Part shown: piece by piece, positions 40,595 to 49,819 of the stretch
Position numbering within the stretch: position 1 is the first letter of the stretch
Layout of the letters: each line of letters starts with the position of its first letter
Program-made: the position numbers and the translations under genes
NCBI GenBank assembly: GCA_016839705.1
Contig: JAEOTR010000017.1
Span: 1-64,000 of the forward strand
DNA length: 64,000 nucleotides
Direction: 5' to 3'
From: Promethearchaeota archaeon
GTDB taxonomy: Archaea; Asgardarchaeota; Lokiarchaeia; Sigyniarchaeales; SOKP01
Notes under the pieces: model-generated
Database searches by the model: none
Seen by the model: the letters and a program-made list of their open reading frames with translations, nothing else
Told to the model about the DNA's origin: nothing

Positions 40595-41875
40595 ATGACA
40601 GTAAGAGAAAATTCAATTGAAATTAAGAGTAAGAAATTAGAATTATCTGACAATGAAAGAGGAGTATTGGATACTAAAGGAGTTACAAGAGAGCAGCTCT
40701 TACTAAAAAACTTAAAAATTATAGCAAAAGATTATCTTGATGTTGAAGAAATAAAGAAATCATTATCAAGAATTATTTTGAAAAATATAAATGAGTTGGA
40801 TTTTAGTAGTTTTAAAAAATTTCCTAGATTTTATATTAAGGAAGACTCAATAAAAAAATCTCTGACCCCCTCAAATATAAGAGGTTTAAATGTTGTTAGT
40901 GTAGATGGAAGTTCAGTAACAAAAAAATTTATGAACGTAGATTTTTCTTTTTTAAAAGCTATTGCTGTAAAATATTACTTTCATCAAAACTATGTGGCGA
41001 ATATTAAACACTTTCCAGATCTAGCTGGTTTTAATAACTATATTGTCGAGGGCAACTTTCTTAATCAGGATGAAACTGCTGTCGATGTTAAGACATCAAT
41101 CGATATGAGATGTATGGAAATTAATTTACTTAATGATTTAATTGAAAGATCAAATGATATAGATTTGATTATTATTGATGGTTCAATTGTGATTACACCA
41201 ATAAACCTGCTATTCTCTAAAGATGCTGAAATATCGAAAAAATATGATATTTTGCTGAAGGAATATCACAAATTATATTTGAATTGTAAGGAGAAGAATA
41301 TAATTTTAATAGGTTCTATAAAGGATACTCGAACTTCTGCTTTATCTAACCTTTTGTGTGGTGCTATACAATTATTAATGCCGAGTTATTCAAATTTAAG
41401 CGACTTTATTAAGATTAATTATAGGCAAGTTTTTAAATATTTCTCCGACATTGATTTATTTAATAGATTATTAAAAAAAACTGAAAGAAGTTGCATTTTC
41501 TATTGTAAAAGAGAAATCGATAAGATAAGGGATACGGGAATAAAGAAAGAAATTTCCTATTATTTTCCACTAGCTTTTTATGCATTCTATCTAAAGACCA
41601 CTAAATTTGACACACCTTGTAGAATTGAATTTTTTATGGATGAGACCCATTCAATTGAAAAAGCGTCTAAAAAAGCAGATTTGATTTCTTCAATACTCTT
41701 GCCGATTTCAAGTTTAAACGAGTATTATGGATTACCAATACCTCAAATCGAAGCCCACAAACGTGCTGTATTTAAGCCAAATGAAGTTGAGCTATTATTA
41801 AATAATTTGACAAGAACCTTTAATTTGTACGGTGTTTCTTTATTGGAAAAAAGAAGAAATCGAAGACCTTTTTAG
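40595..41875 (+). CDS. nurA: NurA-family nuclease
   Basis: VSVDGS, IIIDGS, IGSIKD, RIEF, GLPIPQIEAHKRA. Confidence 0.88.
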   Translation: MTVRENSIEIKSKKLELSDNERGVLDTKGVTREQLLLKNLKIIAKDYLDVEEIKKSLSRIILKNINELDFSSFKKFPRFYIKEDSIKKSLTPSNIRGLNVVSVDGSSVTKKFMNVDFSFLKAIAVKYYFHQNYVANIKHFPDLAGFNNYIVEGNFLNQDETAVDVKTSIDMRCMEINLLNDLIERSNDIDLIIIDGSIVITPINLLFSKDAEISKKYDILLKEYHKLYLNCKEKNIILIGSIKDTRTSALSNLLCGAIQLLMPSYSNLSDFIKINYRQVFKYFSDIDLFNRLLKKTERSCIFYCKREIDKIRDTGIKKEISYYFPLAFYAFYLKTTKFDTPCRIEFFMDETHSIEKASKKADLISSILLPISSLNEYYGLPIPQIEAHKRAVFKPNEVELLLNNLTRTFNLYGVSLLEKRRNRRPF

Positions 41876-41877
41876 CC

Positions 41878-42549
41878 TTAAATAACCTTTATCCTGTTTA
41901 ATAATATGTCCTCGAAGAATATGTGTTTTTTTTCTACTATCTCATTTTCAAATCCGAGCTCATTAATTTGTTTATTTAATTCATCTAAATTTGTCCTATT
42001 TGAACTGATGAAATAGATATAATGAGCTTTTTTAAAATTTAGAAAAATTCTGGCTTCCTTAATAAAGTCAATAATTATTTCATAACCCTTAATCCCTCCA
42101 TTCCAACTATGATCAATCTTCTTTTCATTTTTGTTCTCATTGACTAAAGATGAGGAGGGTAAGTATGGGGGATTAAAAATTATAATATTAAATGAGGATT
42201 TTAGGTATTCTGGAAAATTTTTAAACAAATCTGACTGAAGGAAGACAATTTCATTATTGAAATTGTTTAAGATTTCATTTTTTTTGGCACACATAATTGC
42301 ATCATCTAGGATATCGGAAGCGAATATTTTTGGATTAAAATTTTTGTTTTTTAACTTAAGATAATGAAGGAAAATTGCAATTATCCCGGTTCCTGTTCCT
42401 AAATCTAAAATATATTCAATCTCATTTACATTTATCCCATCAAAATAGCTATTATTAAAAGATTTTGAAAAATAATCAATTATAAGATAAGTATCATCCG
42501 ATGGAAAGTAAATATCCTCAGAATTGCATTCAATTATAGGATCAGATAT
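41878..42549 (-). CDS. HemK2/PrmC-type N5-glutamine methyltransferase, ATA start
   Basis: Open frame 85 codons beyond track start: IYFPSDDTYL, LDLGTGTG, then FNPPYLP; ATA 42549 with in-frame TAA just upstream. Confidence 0.92.
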   Translation of the reverse strand: MSDPIIECNSEDIYFPSDDTYLIIDYFSKSFNNSYFDGINVNEIEYILDLGTGTGIIAIFLHYLKLKNKNFNPKIFASDILDDAIMCAKKNEILNNFNNEIVFLQSDLFKNFPEYLKSSFNIIIFNPPYLPSSSLVNENKNEKKIDHSWNGGIKGYEIIIDFIKEARIFLNFKKAHYIYFISSNRTNLDELNKQINELGFENEIVEKKHIFFEDILLNRIKVI

Positions 42550-42574
42550 TTGTTATCACATCATTGTATTGAGT

Positions 42575-43411
42575 TTAAAGGTAAAACAATCTACTAATTT
42601 CAATAATTTCATCGTTATTAAAGGTAGATACTCTTTTATTTTCATAACCACTTCTGCTCAAAATCTGGAGAATTATATCTTTTGTATAATAATTATTCTT
42701 TATCGCTTTGTAATAAAAAAATAACGCATTGGCTATATTTTTACCTTTATAAGGCATGATTCCCGCAATAAATTTTAAAAAATAGTTCCTAGAATTTATA
42801 TCTACCAAAAAGGGGTTTAAACTTTCATGGGGAATAATTTTTATTAGAAGTAGATCGATTTTTGGAATAGGATAAAAACTGTTTCGTGGTATATTAGATT
42901 TGGAGATTGGCTTCATAAACGCATTTAGAGTCACACTTATTCTTGAGAAGTCTTTGTAATCTTCTGATAAAAAAATGCGGTTTCCTATACTTTTTTCAAT
43001 AGTTAATATTCCTGAAGGAGGATTTTCTTTGAAAAATACTTTTTCTAATATAGGACCTGTTATTGTGTAAGGTAAATTCGAGATAACCTTATCATGCTTA
43101 GGAAGGCTGACTTCTAAAATATCACCATTAATAACTTCAATATTATTATAGATAGAGAAGACTTCTGAGAGGTATCGGCTCAACTTAGGATCAATTTCAA
43201 CTGCATATATTTTTTTTACTTTTTCCACTAAGAATTCAGTTAAAGCTCCTAATCCAGGTCCTATTTCTAAAATGATTTCTTCTCTGGAAATTTCAGATGT
43301 GGTAATTACTTTTCTTACAATGTTTTTATCGGTCAGAAAGTTTTGTCCTAAATGCTTTTTAGGCTTTAAATTCAATCGTTTTAGAGTTAGTAGGACATCT
43401 TTATAATTCAT
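42575..43411 (-). CDS. rsmA: 16S rRNA dimethyladenosine transferase KsgA/Dim1
   Basis: KHLGQNFL, LEIGPGLG, SNLPY, FYPIPKID. Confidence 0.96.
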   Translation of the reverse strand: MNYKDVLLTLKRLNLKPKKHLGQNFLTDKNIVRKVITTSEISREEIILEIGPGLGALTEFLVEKVKKIYAVEIDPKLSRYLSEVFSIYNNIEVINGDILEVSLPKHDKVISNLPYTITGPILEKVFFKENPPSGILTIEKSIGNRIFLSEDYKDFSRISVTLNAFMKPISKSNIPRNSFYPIPKIDLLLIKIIPHESLNPFLVDINSRNYFLKFIAGIMPYKGKNIANALFFYYKAIKNNYYTKDIILQILSRSGYENKRVSTFNNDEIIEISRLFYL

Positions 43412-43416
43412 TTGAT

Positions 43417-44067
43417 CTATTCATATTTTTGCGTTTTACTAAAAAGATAGTATTTTACATCTCGTTGAAGTTCTTTGATGATTCTTTGAGCAATAAGTTT
43501 GGTTGGAGATGAGATACTCGTTCTATCGGAAATATCTTGAAATGTTACAAATTTTTGCCTTTCTCTTGTTTCAAGGATTTCCCACATATGCTTTTGACCA
43601 ATTCCAGGTAAGAGTTTCAGAGCATGCATTCTAGGGGTTATTGAGGTGGAATTATTAAAAAAATTGATGAATTCTTCTTCATAATTTAAAACCTCTTTTT
43701 CAAGAATAGGCTGAATCAATGCTTTAGAAGTGCTAGTAAGCTCTTTGTAATCAATCTTTTTTAAAACATCTCGTAATTTATCCTCGTTTACAAATTCTTC
43801 ATAAGTTTTATGTTCTTGAACTTGAATATCAGAGTTTTTATTTAGCTTCACTTCATAGAGTACGAAATCAGGAAAAGTAAGAACTTGTGCAATTGGTGTT
43901 TTGGCCCAGCTTGGTTTATCTTCTTCGAGATGCCCATGTATTAAAAGATCTAATATAACTACCTCTCGAAATTTCTTTATAAACTGCTTTTTCTTTCTGG
44001 GACCATTTCGATAACCTCTTCTTCGAGGTGGACCTCTGTATCGATCTCTTCTTTCCATCATTACCAA
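43417..44067 (-). CDS. DUF655 putative RNA-binding protein
   Basis: PIAQ, FFN..ITPRMHALKLLPGIG, KYYLF; between rpoF and ksgA. Confidence 0.9.
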   Translation of the reverse strand: MVMMERRDRYRGPPRRRGYRNGPRKKKQFIKKFREVVILDLLIHGHLEEDKPSWAKTPIAQVLTFPDFVLYEVKLNKNSDIQVQEHKTYEEFVNEDKLRDVLKKIDYKELTSTSKALIQPILEKEVLNYEEEFINFFNNSTSITPRMHALKLLPGIGQKHMWEILETRERQKFVTFQDISDRTSISSPTKLIAQRIIKELQRDVKYYLFSKTQKYE

Positions 44068-44187
44068 TATTTATGTTATTTACTTTTCCGTGAACCATCT
44101 TACAATTTAATTGTTGATATACTACTCAATGATTTAGGGTAGCACATTAGAATTTAAAACAATTTAGACTTATAAATTCTTCGTAAT

Positions 44188-44553
44188 TTAAGATGATTTA
44201 ATATCTTCTAGTTCTTCTAATATTACTTCTAATTGCTTATCTGAAAACGTCTTCCCGGCGAAAGACTTCTCGAAAATAATTCTAAGCTCTGGAACTGATT
44301 CTGGATTAATATTAATAACATTAATTGCATAAATTTCTTCAATATCATACTTCTCCATAAGAAAATCTTTCACTTTTCTCGCTGTTTTAGTATCCATTTT
44401 CGCAAATTTATTTACATAATTATATGTAATTTCTTGAAAGTGTGACATTCCTTCTTCAGTATCAATTTCTTCCATTTGTTCTTTTACATATTCCATAATT
44501 TCTTTGACTTCTGGAATTGATACTGCTCGTTCATCTTTTTTACGTCCCGACAT
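44188..44553 (-). CDS. rpoF: RNA polymerase subunit Rpo4/RpoF
   Basis: VSIPEVK, YVNKFAK, NINPESVPELRII; synteny. Confidence 0.92.
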   Translation of the reverse strand: MSGRKKDERAVSIPEVKEIMEYVKEQMEEIDTEEGMSHFQEITYNYVNKFAKMDTKTARKVKDFLMEKYDIEEIYAINVININPESVPELRIIFEKSFAGKTFSDKQLEVILEELEDIKSS

Positions 44554-44583
44554 GATAAATCTATTGTTTTTTTTTTTAACACT

Positions 44584-44889
44584 TTATTTTACAGAAGTAG
44601 GATTTAATCTCAAATGCTCTCGACCAATTATTAGGGTTTTATTAGATTTTCCTAATTTAACATCAACTAAGTAGCAACGCCCTCTTTCCCCAATGATTGT
44701 ACCCGTCTTACCATAGTACCTTCGGTGAGGAAGTCCACGCTTATGAACTGATGGATTTCCTATGATGTCGACTTTGTCAGAAATATTGTAATCAATTAAA
44801 AATTTTTCAATTGATCCAAGCCCTCTCTTTCTAACTTTCTTTCGATAAAGTTTCCGTGTCTTATTTCTATAACCTTTATGGATTGTAAT
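44584..44889 (-). CDS. rpl21e: 50S ribosomal protein L21e, ATT start (absent from ORF track)
   Basis: Manual translation HKGYRNKTRKL...DKVDI.GNPSVHKRGLPHRRYYGKTG...GRCY...REHL; in-frame TAA 44904-44902; start ATT 44892 or 44889. Confidence 0.96.
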   Translation of the reverse strand: MTIHKGYRNKTRKLYRKKVRKRGLGSIEKFLIDYNISDKVDIIGNPSVHKRGLPHRRYYGKTGTIIGERGRCYLVDVKLGKSNKTLIIGREHLRLNPTSVK

Positions 44890-44981
44890 AATCGAACACC
44901 ATTAAATTTGTAATGAGTGGATTTATGAATAATAACTTATTTATTTTTTGATTTTAGATTGATGAAATACATCTTTTTATT

Positions 44982-46340
44982 TTAATATATGATTTCTATT
45001 ACATCTAATTCTCTACAAACTAAAGGTACTTCAAACACTTCTGAAAAAGAAGGAGAGGTACGACCACTATCTCCGTTTATTAGTTCTTTTATATAAGTTC
45101 CACCTTGTGTTTCAATAATAAATTCAAACAAATTAGAATTAACATATTTTCCTCCTATATTATGAATGATTTTCTTTCTTACTAAATCAGCACGTCGGTG
45201 GGAAACTCTAATGGGAGTTCTTTGATTAATTTTCTTGTTTTCAAATGTGAGTTTTAACTTCTTTATTTTTTCTTCAAATATTTTTTTAGTTATTCTAATT
45301 TCAGGAACAACTAATGCTCTATAGACTTTTTTGGTCTTAGATGCTTCACTTTTCATGTAAATGACTTCTCTTTTATTGCTAAATCTTAGATCTCGAATTT
45401 TTACTTTCTTTTTAGTAATTTTATTCACATTACTCTCCAGTTTAATTAAATCTAAAGTACGAACTTTTGGATTTCTCAATTCAAGAACAAAGGGTCTTCC
45501 CTCACCTAGCATTTTCACATCAATATCTTCTCTACCAGCACCGTGAAACTTGGAATCAGTAGCCTTTGATTCTGCAACGAATTCTGGACTGATTAATTCT
45601 TCCACACTTGTTAAATATTGCTTTCCTGAAAAATCGCATAATGTACATCCTTTTCCCATGCAATTTTTGCATAACCAATGGGTTTGCGGAATACCTCTTA
45701 TAAACTTATTATATCTCCCCTGTACAAAAAGAGATTTTAATTTTAATTTAATATCAGAAGAATCATAATTAAAAAAATATATTAAGGACACGTCTGGAGT
45801 ACTGAACTCTGGAGGTTTATTAAGTTTTATTGATAAAAATTTCCCAACTTCTCGATTGAAATGACTTTTAAAAGATTCTGCTTCTAAAATCTCTAATTGA
45901 GCCTTTAAATCATCTTCCCGATTTATGATTTGAGAATCTGGAGAAGAACCTACTAGGAAATTTTTAAATTCAATTCCGTCGAGGATTTGTATGGCTTTTT
46001 CTCCATATTCATTGATTTTTGAAAAAATATTTTGACATAAATAGCACAATTGATTTGATTTTAATAGAGAGAATTCTATACCCTCATTTTTTAATACTTC
46101 TTGAGCTGGAACATAATTAGCTTTTTCTGCTAATATTTTTAGATTAGATAAAGCAATATTTTGTTGTTCAGTATTATTTGATAAAAATTTTTTATGATTT
46201 TCCATAGTTAAAGAGAGCAATAAAGAATTTCCCCTTTCTTGGTTAGTTGTGTATGACCCTAATAAAGAAAACATTCTACCAAGACAATGAACACAGAGGT
46301 AGTATCGATTGTAAATTTTTAAAACTATGTCAAAAATCAT
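44982..46340 (-). CDS. pus10: tRNA pseudouridine(54/55) synthase Pus10
   Basis: LCVHCLGR, GRYNK..RGIPQT, FHGAGREDIDVKMLG.GRPF, QRTPIRV.HRR, GTYIKE. Confidence 0.97.
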   Translation of the reverse strand: MIFDIVLKIYNRYYLCVHCLGRMFSLLGSYTTNQERGNSLLLSLTMENHKKFLSNNTEQQNIALSNLKILAEKANYVPAQEVLKNEGIEFSLLKSNQLCYLCQNIFSKINEYGEKAIQILDGIEFKNFLVGSSPDSQIINREDDLKAQLEILEAESFKSHFNREVGKFLSIKLNKPPEFSTPDVSLIYFFNYDSSDIKLKLKSLFVQGRYNKFIRGIPQTHWLCKNCMGKGCTLCDFSGKQYLTSVEELISPEFVAESKATDSKFHGAGREDIDVKMLGEGRPFVLELRNPKVRTLDLIKLESNVNKITKKKVKIRDLRFSNKREVIYMKSEASKTKKVYRALVVPEIRITKKIFEEKIKKLKLTFENKKINQRTPIRVSHRRADLVRKKIIHNIGGKYVNSNLFEFIIETQGGTYIKELINGDSGRTSPSFSEVFEVPLVCRELDVIEIIY

Positions 46341-46514
46341 ATCTACTTAAATTTAGTTTTTCTTTATTTATTGATTTTATTTAGGAAAATAAACATAGTA
46401 AAAAAAAATTTAAAATTACGAGGTATTTTCCTATTTAATTTTAAATAGTAATTCACATTAACATTGAAAACCCTACATTTACCTTGAATTTAGTTAGATA
46501 AAGATATTAGGTAA

Positions 46515-46655
46515 ATAACACAAGGATTAAAAGCGTTTGTTAAGTGGTTTGACGTTGAAAAGGGATACGGGTTCATAACTTCTGAGGGAATGAAGGATAT
46601 ATTCTTCTATTTTCCTAATATTGAGATGTCAGGATAGAAAAGGCTATATAGCTAA
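46515..46655 (+). pseudogene. Cold-shock domain (CspA-like) remnant
   Basis: VKWFDVEKGYGFITSEGMKDIFFYFPNIEMSG*KRL; TAG 46635-46637, C-terminal strands missing. Confidence 0.82.
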
Positions 46656-46686
46656 TAATTGTAAAGATAAAATCAATTTCATAAAT

Positions 46687-47688
46687 TTAATCTTCATCTT
46701 CGGACCATCCAAGTTCTTTTAGTACGGAACCTAATGTTTCTGATTCTTCTTCCAATACAAATTCTGTATCATATTCTGATGCAGAAGATTCTATATCAAA
46801 ATCAGGAGGCGCTAATTCTTCAAGAGAGGGTAAATCACTCAATGGGGGGAGTACTTCTTCTGTTGGGGTTCTATCAGGAACACTTATTTCTTCTATTGGT
46901 GATATTTTTTCAGAAACGGGCTCATCCTCAATTTCCATTGGAGCATATTCATCAAGAGGGATAGGAGGAACCTCATCATCGTATACTTCAAATTCTGGTT
47001 GAGATTCAGCTATAGGGGTTTTCTCCACTAATAATGGGGTCGTCTCGATAATTTTTGCTTCTTTAACCTCTTTTTCTATCCCCAGTCCAACGGATTTAGG
47101 GATTGAAACAATTTTAGTCGCATGAGTCGGTTCAAGTTCCTCAAATTCTTCGTCTTCCTTTTCCCAATCATCTAAAAAACCCAAAAGATCATCTAAGGCA
47201 GCTTTATCTTGTTCAACTGATGGTTTTTGTAATGTTAAAACTTCTTCCTCTTCGATTTTCTTTAATTCGGATTTTTCCAATGAAAGAACCATTTCTGTTT
47301 CTTTATCACCAGAAATTAATTTATTTAATTTTCGGGCTACTTCTCTTAAATAACCCAGATAATATCCAATTCGATAAACTGCACTTAATCCTCCAAATAC
47401 AATAAATTCATCATTAATCGCCATTAATATGCTATATCCGGAGGAGTTATGCAAAAGGATTTCCGTTAAAGCTCCGTGATCGGTTGCTTGATTTAATCTT
47501 AAACCTAAATCAATTAATGCCGTACTTGAAGCGGATGTCGCATCTGCGTCTAATTCTGAAGAGAAAGCAGTTGCTACCTTCATTCCTACCCGATCTAGAA
47601 CGATTAAATTCTCAAGATCAGTTTTATTTTCTTCCTCTTTTAAAACATACATCATTTTTTCTCTTATCTCTTCTTGAATCGACGACAT
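46687..47688 (-). CDS. Roadblock/LC7 domain protein with long acidic disordered tail
   Basis: LIVLDRVGMKVA..ASSTALIDLG..GALTEILLH..GYSILM; ~200-aa E/P-rich tail. Confidence 0.78.
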   Translation of the reverse strand: MSSIQEEIREKMMYVLKEEENKTDLENLIVLDRVGMKVATAFSSELDADATSASSTALIDLGLRLNQATDHGALTEILLHNSSGYSILMAINDEFIVFGGLSAVYRIGYYLGYLREVARKLNKLISGDKETEMVLSLEKSELKKIEEEEVLTLQKPSVEQDKAALDDLLGFLDDWEKEDEEFEELEPTHATKIVSIPKSVGLGIEKEVKEAKIIETTPLLVEKTPIAESQPEFEVYDDEVPPIPLDEYAPMEIEDEPVSEKISPIEEISVPDRTPTEEVLPPLSDLPSLEELAPPDFDIESSASEYDTEFVLEEESETLGSVLKELGWSEDED

Positions 47689-47781
47689 TTTGTTATCACC
47701 TAAAAGGATCGAATAAGATATTTATGTTAAGATTTAAGTATAGATAGATTGTTTCTTTTAATATATTTTTACTTTATTATA

Positions 47782-48489
47782 TTATAAGAACTCAGATAGG
47801 TTCATTTGAGTTGTAGAGGGTTGTTGCATCTTTTCAAAAGAATAATCTGATAGATCACTTATAATATTCTTAATTTTATTAACTACCTCATCTGGAGTTA
47901 ATTTTTCGGTATCGATAGTAAATACATTTGTTCTATCAGTTAAAAACTTCTTATAGAACGCGAGAATTTTTAGCAGATAATTTCTGTCATTTTCATTCCA
48001 TTCTATTCGAATTAAATCTAATGAACCTCTCCGAATTATCCTTTTTAAAATAGTTTCAGGTTTTGCTGTTAAATATATTATATAATCCTCTTTCCATTTA
48101 ATGGATTTGTAAGTGTCGAGGATAAGGTTATAATCTTTTTCTTGGAGATTTAAGCTTTTTGAATAGACCAGCACACATAATGGCGTTCTATCCAAAATTA
48201 TTATTCTTCCATTATATTTATTATCAAAATTAAGAATATTTTGATTTCTTCGAATGAGTTGTTGTAAAAAATGTAACTCACTCCTAAATCCAATTTGTTT
48301 ATCGGAGGATCCAAAAGGAAAGGGGGGTTTCTTGACGTACCTTTCAGGGAAAAACTTAAATTTGTTGTTATCCTTGACACATTTTTTTAAAGAATTGAAG
48401 ACCTTTGTTTTCCCTACACCATGAGCACCAGCAAAAGACAAGATAATGTTGTCTTTAGAACCCTTATTTCTGTAAAAAGTTTTGCTCAA
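47782..48489 (-). CDS. Deoxynucleoside/thymidylate kinase family protein with C-terminal PIP-like motif
   Basis: FAGAHGVGKT, ILDR, IYLTA..TILKRIIRRG; ends QMNLSEFL. Confidence 0.85.
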   Translation of the reverse strand: MSKTFYRNKGSKDNIILSFAGAHGVGKTKVFNSLKKCVKDNNKFKFFPERYVKKPPFPFGSSDKQIGFRSELHFLQQLIRRNQNILNFDNKYNGRIIILDRTPLCVLVYSKSLNLQEKDYNLILDTYKSIKWKEDYIIYLTAKPETILKRIIRRGSLDLIRIEWNENDRNYLLKILAFYKKFLTDRTNVFTIDTEKLTPDEVVNKIKNIISDLSDYSFEKMQQPSTTQMNLSEFL

Positions 48490-48615
48490 TCCCTTTTACT
48501 CCAATCTAATGATAATTTATCGTGTAAATATAAATATAGTATTTAGTAGATCTAGAGTTTATTGATTTTCCTAATTATTAAAATTTTATATTGAGGGAGT
48601 AATGAAAGGTTTAAA

Positions 48616-49689
48616 TTAAAAAAATATTAAAGAAACTATAAGAATATTATACAAAATATTTGTTATAAGGGTACTATAAATATTCCCATTTGTTACTTCA
48701 AAGATAATCCCAATTATTAGAAAACTAATGAAATTTAGAAAAAAATACACAGGGTTAGGATTTAATACTAACATCAAAATTGTATATGCTAAAGCTACTA
48801 TAACAATTACGTATATCCTATTTTTAAATTTCTGCTTTAATGCGTTATGTAATACGCCCCTGTATGCTATTTCTATTGAGAACGTTCCTATAACCATTAA
48901 CACTATAAGTAAGAAAACCCAGATGAAATCAGCATCTCTTATTATCTGGTTTTGCATAGCGACATCTGAAATCACACTAGATAAGTCTAATCCAATATTC
49001 GCCAAATTGTTAATTAAAGCACTAAAAAGAAAGTCGAAGAGAATTAAAAGTGCAGCGCCAATGGCACCAATAATAATACTAAATAAAATCTTTTTAGAAT
49101 CTTTAAAAAACCCTAATTTTTCAGAGCTGTGTTTCTTAGAATAAATATAATATAGAGGGTAAATACCAAATAATGCTTCAGGAATCTGGCTTATTAAAAA
49201 CATCTGGATATTTAACTCGATAGTCTCACTTCCTCCCTGAGAAACTAATAAAAAGTATATAAGAAAGAAAACAATTATGTAAATATACATACAAGTGCCA
49301 AAAACATTTAAACCTTCTCTTAGATTCCATTGGTCTTTTTTTAGAAGAAATTTTTGTTCAAGTTCCAGTTTTTTATTGGTAAATATTAAACCAGGCTTTT
49401 TTTTGATTACTTCTTTTTTTGCTTCTGAAACTCTTTCTAAAACAGTATCACAAATTGGACATTGATCTAAAATAGTTGAATTGACGAGAGACCCACATCC
49501 TGGACATTTACGAGAAATCTCAGCTTTTTGAATTGAAGTCGGTTTATAGATGATTTGTGGTTCTTTGAGTTCTTTACTCCCATTAAGTTTAATAACAAGT
49601 TTACCGCAATTCGGGCAATAGGTTTTAGTACCAACATCAGTTCCACAATAAACACAGTATTTAATTTTTTTTTCGTTGTTTTTGGACAT
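48616..49689 (-). CDS. Zn-ribbon + degenerate CPBP-family membrane protein
   Basis: Four CxxC pairs; IEIAYRG in place of EExxFRG; conserved His absent. Confidence 0.78.
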   Translation of the reverse strand: MSKNNEKKIKYCVYCGTDVGTKTYCPNCGKLVIKLNGSKELKEPQIIYKPTSIQKAEISRKCPGCGSLVNSTILDQCPICDTVLERVSEAKKEVIKKKPGLIFTNKKLELEQKFLLKKDQWNLREGLNVFGTCMYIYIIVFFLIYFLLVSQGGSETIELNIQMFLISQIPEALFGIYPLYYIYSKKHSSEKLGFFKDSKKILFSIIIGAIGAALLILFDFLFSALINNLANIGLDLSSVISDVAMQNQIIRDADFIWVFLLIVLMVIGTFSIEIAYRGVLHNALKQKFKNRIYVIVIVALAYTILMLVLNPNPVYFFLNFISFLIIGIIFEVTNGNIYSTLITNILYNILIVSLIFF

Positions 49690-49819
49690 TATATACTCAT
49701 TATTTAAAAATTTATATTATCTTAAAGAGCAAGGTTTTTGAAATTTTACTTGGTTTAATATGTAAATTAGAAATTAAATAATTTGTGACTAAATAAAAAT
49801 AATTAAAATTTATGAATTT

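Noticed and set aside
46635-46637. TAG in the csp remnant as pyrrolysine or readthrough
   Set aside because: Another stop follows six codons later and the rest of the domain is missing
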